Part shown: positions 1 through 8,495 of the stretch, in pieces
Layout of the letters: each line of letters begins with the position of its first letter
Position numbering within the stretch: position 1 is the first letter of the stretch
Source of the DNA: a virus
Lineage: Duplodnaviria > Caudoviricetes
Direction: 5' to 3' (one strand)
IMG/VR virus record: IMGVR_UViG_3300032373_000010
Span: 1 to 54,560 of that record
Length of the DNA stretch: 54,560 nucleotides
The notes under the pieces: model-generated
Seen by the model: the letters and a program-made list of their open reading frames with translations, nothing else
Databases searched by the model: none
Told to the model about the DNA's origin: nothing
Program-made: the position numbers and the translations under genes

Positions 1-127
1 TGCCCGGAAAAGGAAGCATGACGCACCGCGTCAAAGCACCCCTATTATTACAGTGTAGCCGGTAGGGCCAGAGACTACCCTAACAGACCCTAACACTGGC
101 GATAGCTGGGGCCAGCCCCCTCCCCCC
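1..127. repeat. Terminal direct repeat (identical to 54434-54560); circular-assembly overlap
   Basis: Exact 127-bp match between the two contig ends; 127 is a common assembler k-mer length. Confidence 0.95.
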
Positions 128-170
128 TTGGGTGCCCCGAGCGAGGCTACCAGCCCCCTCGCCAGGCCCG

Positions 171-352
171 CATATGCTTACCTTCTCACGTAAGCATGGG
201 AGGATATAAGCATGGGATCCCATGCCGATAAGCATGGTATGCTTATATGCCGATATAAGCATATGCCCATAGGTGAATGCATTACAAGCGAAACTTATCG
301 CTTGCATTACATTCTGGTGTTAGCATATGCGCATAGGCTCACATGCGCATAT
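171..352. repeat. Cluster of TAAGCAT/ATGCTTA heptamers and CATATG/TGCGCA palindromes
   Basis: TAAGCAT at 191, 207, 229, 256; inverted ATGCTTA at 174 and 239; AT-rich relative to the genome; non-coding. Confidence 0.85.
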
Positions 353-404
353 ACCGGGCTACGTGCCGGACTCTGCACTTAATAGGTTCCCCACTTCTCG
401 ACGC

Positions 405-480
405 GACCCCCAATTTTCCCCAGACCCCAATTTTCCCCAGATAGGCAAGCATTACTCGGACCCCCAATTTTCCCCGGATA
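405..480. repeat. Three direct repeats GACCCC(C)AATTTTCCCC(A/G)GA
   Basis: Copies start at about 405, 423 and 459. Confidence 0.9.
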
Positions 481-637
481 AGCGCGCCTTATCCAGATAG
501 GCCACTCCGGCCTCCCTCAAGTTGCCGCTACACGCACGAGGTGGTTTGTGGTATAGGTAAAGGGCCCTGCCGGCGTGGACGGTTGCGGCCTGAAGGCCGC
601 CCGCAAGCGCGGTCAGGCAGCAACGAGGAGAGCCGTA

Positions 638-1546
638 GTGGACATGCGCGAGGTAAAGGCTGTGGTCGGGGAACTGTTCGCCCAGGACAGGGGTGAGGTG
701 TCCCAGGAGGAGCACAGGGACTTTATGCGCACCGCATGGCGCGTAACCCGCGAGCTGGCCCGCCTTCAGGGTATGCCCCTCGACGAAAGGTTGGAGGACT
801 GGGCCAGCGAGCGCAGGAACTCCCCCTGGGAGGTGGGTTTGGTCCCGGCAGAGAGGGCCCCAGGAGGAATGGCCCTGGCGCGGCGGTTTGTCGAGGCCCG
901 AGAGCTTATGAGCCTGGCCTACCGCAGGCACAGCGGGGGCGGACTGCCGATCGGGGCCCCAGGCCCGAGCGAGAACTCAGAGGCGAGCGAGGCCCAAGCG
1001 CGGTGGGTCGAGGTAGTCCGGGCGATCCTTCGAGGAATGAAGATCGAGCGGGACGCAGCGATCTACCGAGTCGTCCGACGACCCCGAGGCGTAGAGGAGC
1101 GGTGGCCCGACCCCGAGGCTATCCTTGTCTACGAGGAGAGCACGATCGAGGGGGTCCTAGAAGACCTTGTGAAGCTCGGGGCAAAGAAGACCCAGAAGAA
1201 CCTCGCAAAGAAGGGCCTCCTGCGGCACGAGATCAGGAGCCTCATAGCCTTGTCTGGCAGGGAGGCCCAAGAGATCACCAGCATGGGCACCGACGAGGCC
1301 CGAGGCCTGGCGATCCTCCGCAATGACGAGTTCCGCAACAGCGCGCAGGAGTCCATGAACCTCCGAGGCGTGGCGCAGGCCCTCAAGCAGGAAATGATCC
1401 TCCGCGGTCTGGGTCGGACGGAGCCGGAGAACCCGCTGACGATCTTTGCGGGGATCGTGAAGGCCCAGGACGAGCGCGAGGCCGCCCCGGACTACGGCGA
1501 CGCCACGATCGACGCGATCAGCACCCCCAAGCGAATCACAGGATAA
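638..1546 (+). CDS. Hypothetical protein, possible terminase small subunit-like
   Basis: GAGGAG RBS 7 nt before GTG 638 (ORF track starts at 575); helical C-terminus AQESMNLRGVAQALKQEMILRGL loosely resembles TerS-type helices; TAATG overlap with next gene. Confidence 0.6.
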   Translation: MDMREVKAVVGELFAQDRGEVSQEEHRDFMRTAWRVTRELARLQGMPLDERLEDWASERRNSPWEVGLVPAERAPGGMALARRFVEARELMSLAYRRHSGGGLPIGAPGPSENSEASEAQARWVEVVRAILRGMKIERDAAIYRVVRRPRGVEERWPDPEAILVYEESTIEGVLEDLVKLGAKKTQKNLAKKGLLRHEIRSLIALSGREAQEITSMGTDEARGLAILRNDEFRNSAQESMNLRGVAQALKQEMILRGLGRTEPENPLTIFAGIVKAQDEREAAPDYGDATIDAISTPKRITG

Positions 1547-2109
1547 TGGCGCAGATCGACGTTGACCAGACGTGTGAGACGTGCAAGAAGGTCTTCCATA
1601 ACCGAGAGGTGAGGCGGTTTTGCGGGGTAAAGTGCCGTCGCTACGGTGTGGGGGTCTGTGAGATATGCGAAGAGCCCTTCCACAAGAAGACACCTACGGT
1701 GGTGGTCTGCTCTAAGGCCTGCTACAACCAGCGCAAGGCGTGCAGAACAGCGATCAGGAGGCTCAGGAAGCCTAAGAAGCCCAATGTAGCGATACCTTGC
1801 AAGCACTGCGGCTACGACATACAGCCCCACCCCGTCGTGATAAGGAATATAGGCAGGGGCAGGATCACCAGGAGCCAGAAGCGCCTTAGTAATGGTCGGA
1901 AATACCACGCAAAGTGCTACAGAATCAGACACAACTTGCGGTGCAGGGCGCTCAAGCGGATCAGCGCGGCGTATGAGCGCGGCAGGGACCTAGAGGCGAC
2001 CTACGAGGGCCTCAGGAGCCTGATCGAGGAGATCACAGGAGCCCCGGACGAGGCCCTCGTGCAGGATCTGGCGGCCTTAGGGCGGAGGAAGTGGGGAATC
2101 GCTGGGTAG
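1546..2109 (+). CDS. Cys-rich zinc-finger protein
   Basis: Repeated CxxC...CxxxC motifs (CETC/CGVKC, CEIC/CSKAC, CKHC); basic; no HNH motif seen. Confidence 0.7.
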   Translation: MAQIDVDQTCETCKKVFHNREVRRFCGVKCRRYGVGVCEICEEPFHKKTPTVVVCSKACYNQRKACRTAIRRLRKPKKPNVAIPCKHCGYDIQPHPVVIRNIGRGRITRSQKRLSNGRKYHAKCYRIRHNLRCRALKRISAAYERGRDLEATYEGLRSLIEEITGAPDEALVQDLAALGRRKWGIAG

Positions 2110-2170
2110 GGCTTCCCCCGCTGAGCAAAACCTGCTACCGTATCACGAATCCAACTGTGGGAGGCGGCTC

Positions 2171-2488
2171 ATGCCCCTTAAAATCAACCTCGACAGCCTC
2201 AAGGAGGGCGTCAGCGACTCGATCGCTGAAGGCCTCCAGGGACTCGTCGAAGGAGCCAAAGAGGATCTGAAGGAGTTCGCCAAGGCGATCTCTGAGGACC
2301 TGCTTGAGGCCCACCTCGAAGGCGACGTTGACCTCCAGGGCCAGCTTGCCGACCAAGTCAAGATCCTCGCGGAGATCAACCGAGTGCGCGTCGAGGCCCA
2401 TGTTTGGGTCGTCGTCCAGAAGATCGCCAAGGTCGCGATCCAAGCCGCAGCCAAGGGCGCCGCAGCGGCGTTCCACGTCCCCCTTTAG
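2171..2488 (+). CDS. Hypothetical helical protein
   Basis: GGAGG RBS upstream; amphipathic helices; hydrophobic C-terminus. Confidence 0.75.
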   Translation: MPLKINLDSLKEGVSDSIAEGLQGLVEGAKEDLKEFAKAISEDLLEAHLEGDVDLQGQLADQVKILAEINRVRVEAHVWVVVQKIAKVAIQAAAKGAAAAFHVPL

Positions 2489-2499
2489 GAGGCAGCCAA

Positions 2500-2841
2500 A
2501 TGGCTATGTCCCCCAGCACCCGTCTCCACTTTGACCGCGCTTGCGGTCGCGCGCCCGGTCGCGTCTTCCCGAGCACCCGACACTACGCCTCCGCGTGGGG
2601 CCTCATGCTCGGCTTGGTCGTCCTGCTCCTCATGCTGACGGGCTGCGGCAGCCCCGGCTACGTGCGCGCGGACGCGATCGAGGGAACCGTCAAGCGGATC
2701 GCCGAGCGGCACGACGCCTACACGGTCGCGGCAGTCGCCAGCGGTCACGTCACCAAGAAGCAAGGCAAGGTGGACCTCCGGGACACCGCGCTGCTCCTGA
2801 AGCTGATCAAGACGGCCCAGGACAAAGGAGCAAAGAAGTGA
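2500..2841 (+). CDS. Putative lipoprotein (possible spanin-like lysis component)
   Basis: AGGAGG RBS before ATG 2500; hydrophobic stretch followed by lipobox LTG-C (LLLMLTGCGS). Confidence 0.7.
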   Translation: MAMSPSTRLHFDRACGRAPGRVFPSTRHYASAWGLMLGLVVLLLMLTGCGSPGYVRADAIEGTVKRIAERHDAYTVAAVASGHVTKKQGKVDLRDTALLLKLIKTAQDKGAKK

Positions 2842-3296
2842 GCAGCGACAAGCGTTTCGCGACGATCGCCCCCCAGCAGGCGGGCGGGGTCCTCACCACG
2901 ACCTACGGCAGTGAGGCCTCGGACTGGACGACCAAGGCGATCGACGTGTCGCAGTTCGATTACGTCCAATTCAAGTTCGACTACAGCAACCACTCGGTCG
3001 GCGCGCTCCTGACCCTCAAGCCCATGTTCGGCGACAGGGACAGCGCGAACCTCGACGCCTACGTGGACACCTACTTCGACTCCGGGGCGGGGGTCCTGAC
3101 CCTGCTGGAGCTGTCCAAGACGACCCCCGGCAACCTCTCCGGGGCCCTGCCGCCCATGGACGTGCGCGGGATCAGCCTCCTGCGGATCGCCGCCAAGATC
3201 GACAACGCCGCGGGCGGTCCCGTGCTCGCGCTGACCTACCTCGGCCACCGGGCGGCCAATCAGCCGGCCCAAGAGACCTCCCCGGTGATCACCTAA
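2838..3296 (+). CDS. Putative virion protein (beta-rich)
   Basis: GTGA overlap start with AAGGAG RBS; Thr/Gly/Asp-rich beta-sandwich-like composition. Confidence 0.65.
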   Translation: MSSDKRFATIAPQQAGGVLTTTYGSEASDWTTKAIDVSQFDYVQFKFDYSNHSVGALLTLKPMFGDRDSANLDAYVDTYFDSGAGVLTLLELSKTTPGNLSGALPPMDVRGISLLRIAAKIDNAAGGPVLALTYLGHRAANQPAQETSPVIT

Positions 3297-3517
3297 TGGC
3301 CGGCAAGATTATCACCTACAAGGTCGCGCCAGGCTCTCAAGAGCCGGGCATGAGCGTCGAGCACGACTACGCCGTGGGCCACGTCCTGATCACCACGCAC
3401 GGGCGCCTCCTGGCTTCCCAGATCACCCAGGACATGGTGGACGAGGGCTGCGCTGTGCTGCTACTTCCCAAGGGACAGCTCAAGACCCTGATCCACTCGA
3501 TCGAAGAGGTCGAATAA
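3296..3517 (+). CDS. Hypothetical protein
   Basis: TAATG coupling at both ends. Confidence 0.7.
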   Translation: MAGKIITYKVAPGSQEPGMSVEHDYAVGHVLITTHGRLLASQITQDMVDEGCAVLLLPKGQLKTLIHSIEEVE

Positions 3518-4971
3518 TGGCGCTTCCTGACACCCTTGCGCTCCTGACGACGCCCACCCCCACGCTGGTCCAGATCAAAGACGACGGCTCGATCAACACG
3601 ATCGAGGTCCTCGGCTCCACCGACGAGGGCGCGTTGGGCGCGGACATTTACCGCTCAGACAGGACCGTCGCCTACCGGGGAGGGCGCTATGCCCTGGGCA
3701 AGTCCAGCGGAGCCAACCTCGGCGTCTACAAGGCTGGAACAGGCCTCGTGGGCCTAGCCGCCGCGGGCACCCCCGTTGGGCTCTTCCTCGTGAACGCCGG
3801 GACCGGCGCGGCAGGCAAGCAGCGCCTGGTGGCGGTTGGGACCAACGCCGGCCAAGTCGTCTACGACTACACCGACGACGGGGTGACGTGGAACGGCGTC
3901 GCCTCGGTAGGCTCCGCCGTGAATCCGCCCGCTGGCCCCGCGATCGTCTTCGACGAAAAGATCTACTGGCCCATGCCCAGCTCGGGCAACGCTGTTGCTA
4001 GGTTCGACCCCGTCGCGCTCACGGCGACGAGGATCACCCCTCCCTGGCTGAGCACAGCCCCTCCCGGGAACTCGATCTGCAACAGCTTCGAGGTCCTAGA
4101 CGGCACCAAATACGCGCTGGCGCCGACAACCACGCCGGGCACAGGCACAACAAACTGGGCGATCTACGCGTGGACCGGCTCGGGCTACACGTTCAACACC
4201 GCGATCACAGCCGACAACCCGATCGGAGCGCGCGCCGGAGTCGCGGACGGGCAGTGCCTGCTGCGGAAGATTCCTGGCGCCAACAAGCTGCTCGCGATCT
4301 GCCCCGGGTCGTCCGACAACACCCCGACCAACGCTGGCACGCGCGCCTGGGAACTCACGCCCAGCGGCGGCGCGTTCACCGTGGTCGAGATCACCAACTC
4401 CTTCATTCCGGTCGGCCTGCGCCCCGGAGCCCGCCCCGGATTCTCCGCTGAGGAGGACCGGATCATGGGCATGACGGTCAACGACGACGACCCGACCGTG
4501 GTGGAGTTGTTCATTCTGATCGCGGAGGGGGTGGCGCCCGGCGCGGGAGGCTATTCGATCTACAAGTTCGTCAACGCCTCCACGGTGCTCAGCCTGCACG
4601 CGGTGGGCCCCTCGCCGGGATACGCGCTCCCCTCGTGCAACTTCGGAGGCGGCGCCCGCGTGGACATTGGGGGAGGCAATCAAGTCACGATCGAATACGA
4701 CCAGCCCGTCCCCACCGGCTGGGAGATCGGCTTCAGGGTCGAGGGCCCGATCGCGGGGCAGAGCATGGGCGTCTTTGCGAGCCAGGACAAGGAAACCCCA
4801 ATGGTCCTGGCCTCCCTCCTCAGCCAGACAGGCTCAGGGGGGCTCGCGGCGAACCGAGTGACTGGAGTAAACGGGGACTCCGGCGCCACCCTCAGGACCG
4901 TCGTCGTGGATCTGGCGGCCAGCGGGATCCCCAAGAAGACAGGGCTCCACTACAAGCTCGACCTCCAGTAA
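3517..4971 (+). CDS. Putative virion/receptor-binding protein (beta-propeller-like)
   Basis: 484 aa, Gly/Thr/Ala-rich; Asp-box-like YTDDGVTW; coupled to neighbours. Confidence 0.65.
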   Translation: MALPDTLALLTTPTPTLVQIKDDGSINTIEVLGSTDEGALGADIYRSDRTVAYRGGRYALGKSSGANLGVYKAGTGLVGLAAAGTPVGLFLVNAGTGAAGKQRLVAVGTNAGQVVYDYTDDGVTWNGVASVGSAVNPPAGPAIVFDEKIYWPMPSSGNAVARFDPVALTATRITPPWLSTAPPGNSICNSFEVLDGTKYALAPTTTPGTGTTNWAIYAWTGSGYTFNTAITADNPIGARAGVADGQCLLRKIPGANKLLAICPGSSDNTPTNAGTRAWELTPSGGAFTVVEITNSFIPVGLRPGARPGFSAEEDRIMGMTVNDDDPTVVELFILIAEGVAPGAGGYSIYKFVNASTVLSLHAVGPSPGYALPSCNFGGGARVDIGGGNQVTIEYDQPVPTGWEIGFRVEGPIAGQSMGVFASQDKETPMVLASLLSQTGSGGLAANRVTGVNGDSGATLRTVVVDLAASGIPKKTGLHYKLDLQ

Positions 4972-5607
4972 ATGAGCGACCTCACCTCCCCAGGAATGGC
5001 TGTAGCAGGGACCCTGAACTTCGCGGGGGCTGGCGGCAACGCTGCCCTGATCGACGACAACAGCGGAACCTCAGCCGCCGACCCGTCCGGCTACAACGCC
5101 TCGACGAACTGGTCGGTAGATCTTGGGAGCGGGAACCCACAAGCGGTGACCCAGATCCTTGTGGCGAAGGACGGGACCTTCGGGCTCACGAATCCGGCGA
5201 CCATGAAGCTGGAGCACAGCGACGACAACGCGATCTGGACCCAAGCCGGCAGCAACTTTACTCTGAGCGCAGGCACGAGCCCCTCTCCCGAGAGCTTCGA
5301 GTTCCCCTATGCTGGGGCCCACAGATACTGGAGAGTCCACTACGCCTCCGGCGGCACAGGCGGAAATTTCTGGCTGCAAGAGATTCAAATGTTCTCCCGA
5401 CTGAGGTCGGGCTCAGCTAACGCGACGGGCACGGCTGACAGCCTCAAGGAGCGTGCCGGCAGCGCCACTGCCTCAGGCACAGCCGATACGCTGAAGCAGC
5501 GCGCAGGCAGCGCGACTGCGACCGGCGAGGCAGACGACGGCATTCCTCCGCCCCCCATTGCGGCAAACAAGAGATTCTTCTCTCGATTTGGAGCAGACCT
5601 ACAATGA
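4972..5607 (+). CDS. Discoidin/F5-8 type C-like carbohydrate-binding virion protein
   Basis: WSVDLGS, KLEHSDDNAIWT, HRYWRV and LQEIQMF are typical discoidin motifs; three 16-aa C-terminal repeats. Confidence 0.7.
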   Translation: MSDLTSPGMAVAGTLNFAGAGGNAALIDDNSGTSAADPSGYNASTNWSVDLGSGNPQAVTQILVAKDGTFGLTNPATMKLEHSDDNAIWTQAGSNFTLSAGTSPSPESFEFPYAGAHRYWRVHYASGGTGGNFWLQEIQMFSRLRSGSANATGTADSLKERAGSATASGTADTLKQRAGSATATGEADDGIPPPPIAANKRFFSRFGADLQ

Positions 5608-6119
5608 GCAACAGATTTGGCGGAACGCCAGACGCGACCAGCGGCGGCGCAGGCGGAGGAGTCGTCCCCCCGGGCGGCATGATCCCCTTCGGCGGACTCT
5701 ACAGCGCGATCCCGGCAGGCTGGCTGCCCTGTGACGGGGGAGCCTACAGCCAGGCCACCTACAGCGGACTCTACGCCGTGATCGGCGGCGCCTGGGACAC
5801 CTTCGACGGGGCCGGAGCGCCGGGCGCCGGCCTGTTCCGCACGCCCGACTACAGAGCCCGAGGCTTCATGGGCGAGAACAGCGGCAGCGCCCCCAATGGG
5901 ACCAAGGGCACGTTAGGGACCCGATCCAACGCAACGGCTGTGGGGACCGAGGGTCACGTCCACGACATAACGGTGGGACCAAGCGCCACGATCAACGTGG
6001 ACAACGACGGAGGCGGCTCCACGACCTCAGTTGGGACGGGAACCCACACCCACTCTGGCACCAACAACGCCGGCACCATTCACCCCGTGGGCGTCTGCCC
6101 TGTGATCATTCGGACCTAG
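5604..6119 (+). CDS. Phage tail-collar domain protein (short tail-fibre-like)
   Basis: PPGGMIPFGG..IPAGWLPCDG..YS..TYSGLYAVIG..FRTPDYR; HxH motifs (HVHD, HTHS); C-terminal IIRT. Confidence 0.85.
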   Translation: MSNRFGGTPDATSGGAGGGVVPPGGMIPFGGLYSAIPAGWLPCDGGAYSQATYSGLYAVIGGAWDTFDGAGAPGAGLFRTPDYRARGFMGENSGSAPNGTKGTLGTRSNATAVGTEGHVHDITVGPSATINVDNDGGGSTTSVGTGTHTHSGTNNAGTIHPVGVCPVIIRT

Positions 6120-6120
6120 A

Positions 6121-6651
6121 ATGCCGCGCCTTCTCCTAGCCCTGGTGCTGATCCTCTCGCTGGCCTCCCCAGCGCTCGCCGCGGACCCGCCCGAGGTGGT
6201 GTCGGGCGTCCCTGCCGACGTGTTCAATTTCGTCTGCTGGGCAGCCGGGGTGATCATTGCGGCAGAGGCCGTGGCGATCGTGGGGCTCTTCAGGACCAAG
6301 ATCGCCTCTATCGAGGTCCCCGAGTCCCCCTCTTGCGGCCTCACTCCCGACGAGCACGAGGCCCTGATCTGGCTGAGGAACACCCACGACAGTCGCGACG
6401 AGGACGGGATCCTCAACTGGGTCACGCCCCGCTCCTACGGAACGATTCTGAAGAAGCTGGAGGCCGCCGCGGATAACGCCAGGGAGGCTTCAGCGATCCG
6501 AACAGAGGGCCAGCAGCGGGAGGACCGGCTGCGGGGCACCTACGAGGGCAGACTTCTGAAGGCAGAGGTCCGCGCAGAGAACGCCACTCGCCAGTTCCAA
6601 GAACTCTTGGAGTGGGCGGCTGGCAAGAAGGAAGACCCAAATGCTAGCTGA
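6121..6651 (+). CDS. Membrane protein with signal peptide, TM helix and coiled-coil tail
   Basis: N-terminal signal-like segment ending ALA; TM FVCWAAGVIIAAEAVAIVGLF. Confidence 0.7.
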   Translation: MPRLLLALVLILSLASPALAADPPEVVSGVPADVFNFVCWAAGVIIAAEAVAIVGLFRTKIASIEVPESPSCGLTPDEHEALIWLRNTHDSRDEDGILNWVTPRSYGTILKKLEAAADNAREASAIRTEGQQREDRLRGTYEGRLLKAEVRAENATRQFQELLEWAAGKKEDPNAS

Positions 6652-6856
6652 CCTGCCTCCCGTTCCCCCTCCCACGACTCTCCAACAGGCCTCCGAATCT
6701 GCTCGTATGCAGGAGCAGGTCGAGGAGTTTAAGAGGACTCTGAGCCCTGAGCGGCGCCTGACCCTACGCCGCAGAATCAAGCGCCGTGCGCTGAATCTCA
6801 GTCAGTCGAGGATCGTGGCCCCGGCGGATCTGCCAGACGACGAAGTAGCCGCGTAG
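6641..6856 (+). CDS. Hypothetical protein
   Basis: Fills the gap before terL; AAGGAAG RBS-like sequence upstream. Confidence 0.55.
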   Translation: MLADLPPVPPPTTLQQASESARMQEQVEEFKRTLSPERRLTLRRRIKRRALNLSQSRIVAPADLPDDEVAA

Positions 6857-6858
6857 CT

Positions 6859-8274
6859 ATGGGGCGCGCTATGCGCCTCATGGAAGCGAATTATGTTGCG
6901 GTAAGGGGCGACATTTATAAGTTCTGTGCGGCCCTAAACTTCAGACCTACGTGGCAGCAGCAAGAGTTGCTGGACAAGATCCAGTGCAAGCAGCCCAGGC
7001 AGAGGATCGCGGTAAAGAGCGGCAAGGGCCCGGGGAAGACAACGATCTCCGGCGTGATCGCCCTGTGGTGGGCGATTTGCAACTTCGGGACTAAGGTCCT
7101 GGTAACTGCCCCCACCATGCGCCAGTGTAAGGACGTATGGCTTGCCGAGGTGCGCCGCACCATGGCTAACGCCGATCCCTGGCTCCAAGAGCTAATCAAG
7201 GTCACCAGCACCAAGGTAACGATCGCAGGGCACCCCGACTGGGGCGTCCAAGTAATGACCGCGACCTCCCCCGAGGCCAGCCAGGGCTTCCACGAGAAGA
7301 ACCTCAAGGTGATCGTTGAGGAGGCCTCCGGCGTCCCCCGTGGGTTGGTCCAGGCCCTCAAGGACACCCTCACCAACCCAAACTCTGCCATGCTCCAGAT
7401 CGGCAACCCCAACACCAGGGATTGCGCGTTTTTTGATTGTTTCAATACTGACCGAGGCAACTGGGAGACCCTGACCTTCAATGCAGAGGAGACGCCCGCC
7501 AGCAGCTACTTCGACCCAAAGCGGAACAAGGAGTGTGAGGAGGAGTTCGGGAGGGACTCGGACATTTACCGCGTCGCGGTGCTCGGGGAGTTCCCCCACG
7601 CCGATCCCAACTGCGTCCTCTCCAGCGAGCAGCTTGAGAAGGTCAGCCGCCCGAAGGACATGATCCGCTGTGCAGGGCTCTCCAGGCGCAAGCAGTTCGG
7701 CCTGGACTTCGCCCGCTTCGGCGGGGACGAGCTGACCCTCTACAGGCGCTCCGGCGAGGCGATTGTGCAGTGGGCCCGCATGGTGCGCAGCGATCCAAGC
7801 CTGCTGGTCTCTAAGGCGTTCCTGTGGCAGGCGCAGGCCGGCTGGACCAACGAGGAGTGCTGGTATGTAGCGGACGCGGGCGGCATGGGTCAAGGGATCA
7901 TGCACCGCTTCTACGACGCAGAAAGGCAGATCCTAGAGTTCCACAATGGCAGCACCGCGGTCGAGGGGCAGAAGTATTCCAACAAGGTAACGGAAGCCTG
8001 GTTTAACTTTGCTAAGAAGGCCAAGACCGGAGAGGTAAACATTCCAGACGACAACATTCTGATCCAGCAGTTGTGTTCTCGTCAGTATCGCATGGACCGA
8101 AAGGGTAGGATCGTTCTTGAGAGCAAGGACGACTATATGAAGCGCGGGCACAACTCGCCGGACAGGGCAGACGGGCTGGTCATGGCCTTCTACGACGAAA
8201 CCGTCGCAGCGATCGGGTCGGTATCCGGGGGCTACGGCTCTCGCGGCATGATCGGCACGAGGCACCAGCGGTGA
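6859..8274 (+). CDS. terL: Terminase large subunit
   Basis: Q-motif PTWQQ, Walker A SGKGPGKT, Walker B VIVEEA, coupling motif IGNP, RNase H-like GLDFARFGGD and C-terminal SPDRADGLVMAF. Confidence 0.93.
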   Translation: MGRAMRLMEANYVAVRGDIYKFCAALNFRPTWQQQELLDKIQCKQPRQRIAVKSGKGPGKTTISGVIALWWAICNFGTKVLVTAPTMRQCKDVWLAEVRRTMANADPWLQELIKVTSTKVTIAGHPDWGVQVMTATSPEASQGFHEKNLKVIVEEASGVPRGLVQALKDTLTNPNSAMLQIGNPNTRDCAFFDCFNTDRGNWETLTFNAEETPASSYFDPKRNKECEEEFGRDSDIYRVAVLGEFPHADPNCVLSSEQLEKVSRPKDMIRCAGLSRRKQFGLDFARFGGDELTLYRRSGEAIVQWARMVRSDPSLLVSKAFLWQAQAGWTNEECWYVADAGGMGQGIMHRFYDAERQILEFHNGSTAVEGQKYSNKVTEAWFNFAKKAKTGEVNIPDDNILIQQLCSRQYRMDRKGRIVLESKDDYMKRGHNSPDRADGLVMAFYDETVAAIGSVSGGYGSRGMIGTRHQR

Positions 8275-8495
8275 TCTGCAAGTGCTGCTCTGGAAAGCTC
8301 AAGGTCAAGCACTCCTATGGGACGCCCTCGGGGAAGTCCCAGCGCCTGGAGTGCGAGGACTGCTTCGTAGTGCATACAGCCGTCGTGGCGATCGTGAACG
8401 TGGACCCCGAGAGGGGGCAGGGCGCTCACGCCCTAGCCAAGCGGCTTGCCGCAGGAGAGGAGATCAACGGGCCATGGACCTCTATCGCTTCCTGA
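8271..8495 (+). CDS. Zinc-ribbon protein (Ogr/Delta- or NrdR-N-like)
   Basis: CKCC...RLECEDC pattern; GTGA overlap with terL. Confidence 0.6.
   Translation: MICKCCSGKLKVKHSYGTPSGKSQRLECEDCFVVHTAVVAIVNVDPERGQGAHALAKRLAAGEEINGPWTSIAS

Noticed and set aside
1-127. Biological direct terminal repeat
   Set aside because: The length equals a common assembly k-mer (127), so it most likely marks circular overlap; true termini cannot be read from sequence alone
80-307. 75-aa - strand ORF
   Set aside because: Translation of the TAAGCAT repeat tract; no RBS and atypical composition
1546-2109. HNH homing endonuclease
   Set aside because: Zinc-binding repeats are present but no HNH catalytic motif
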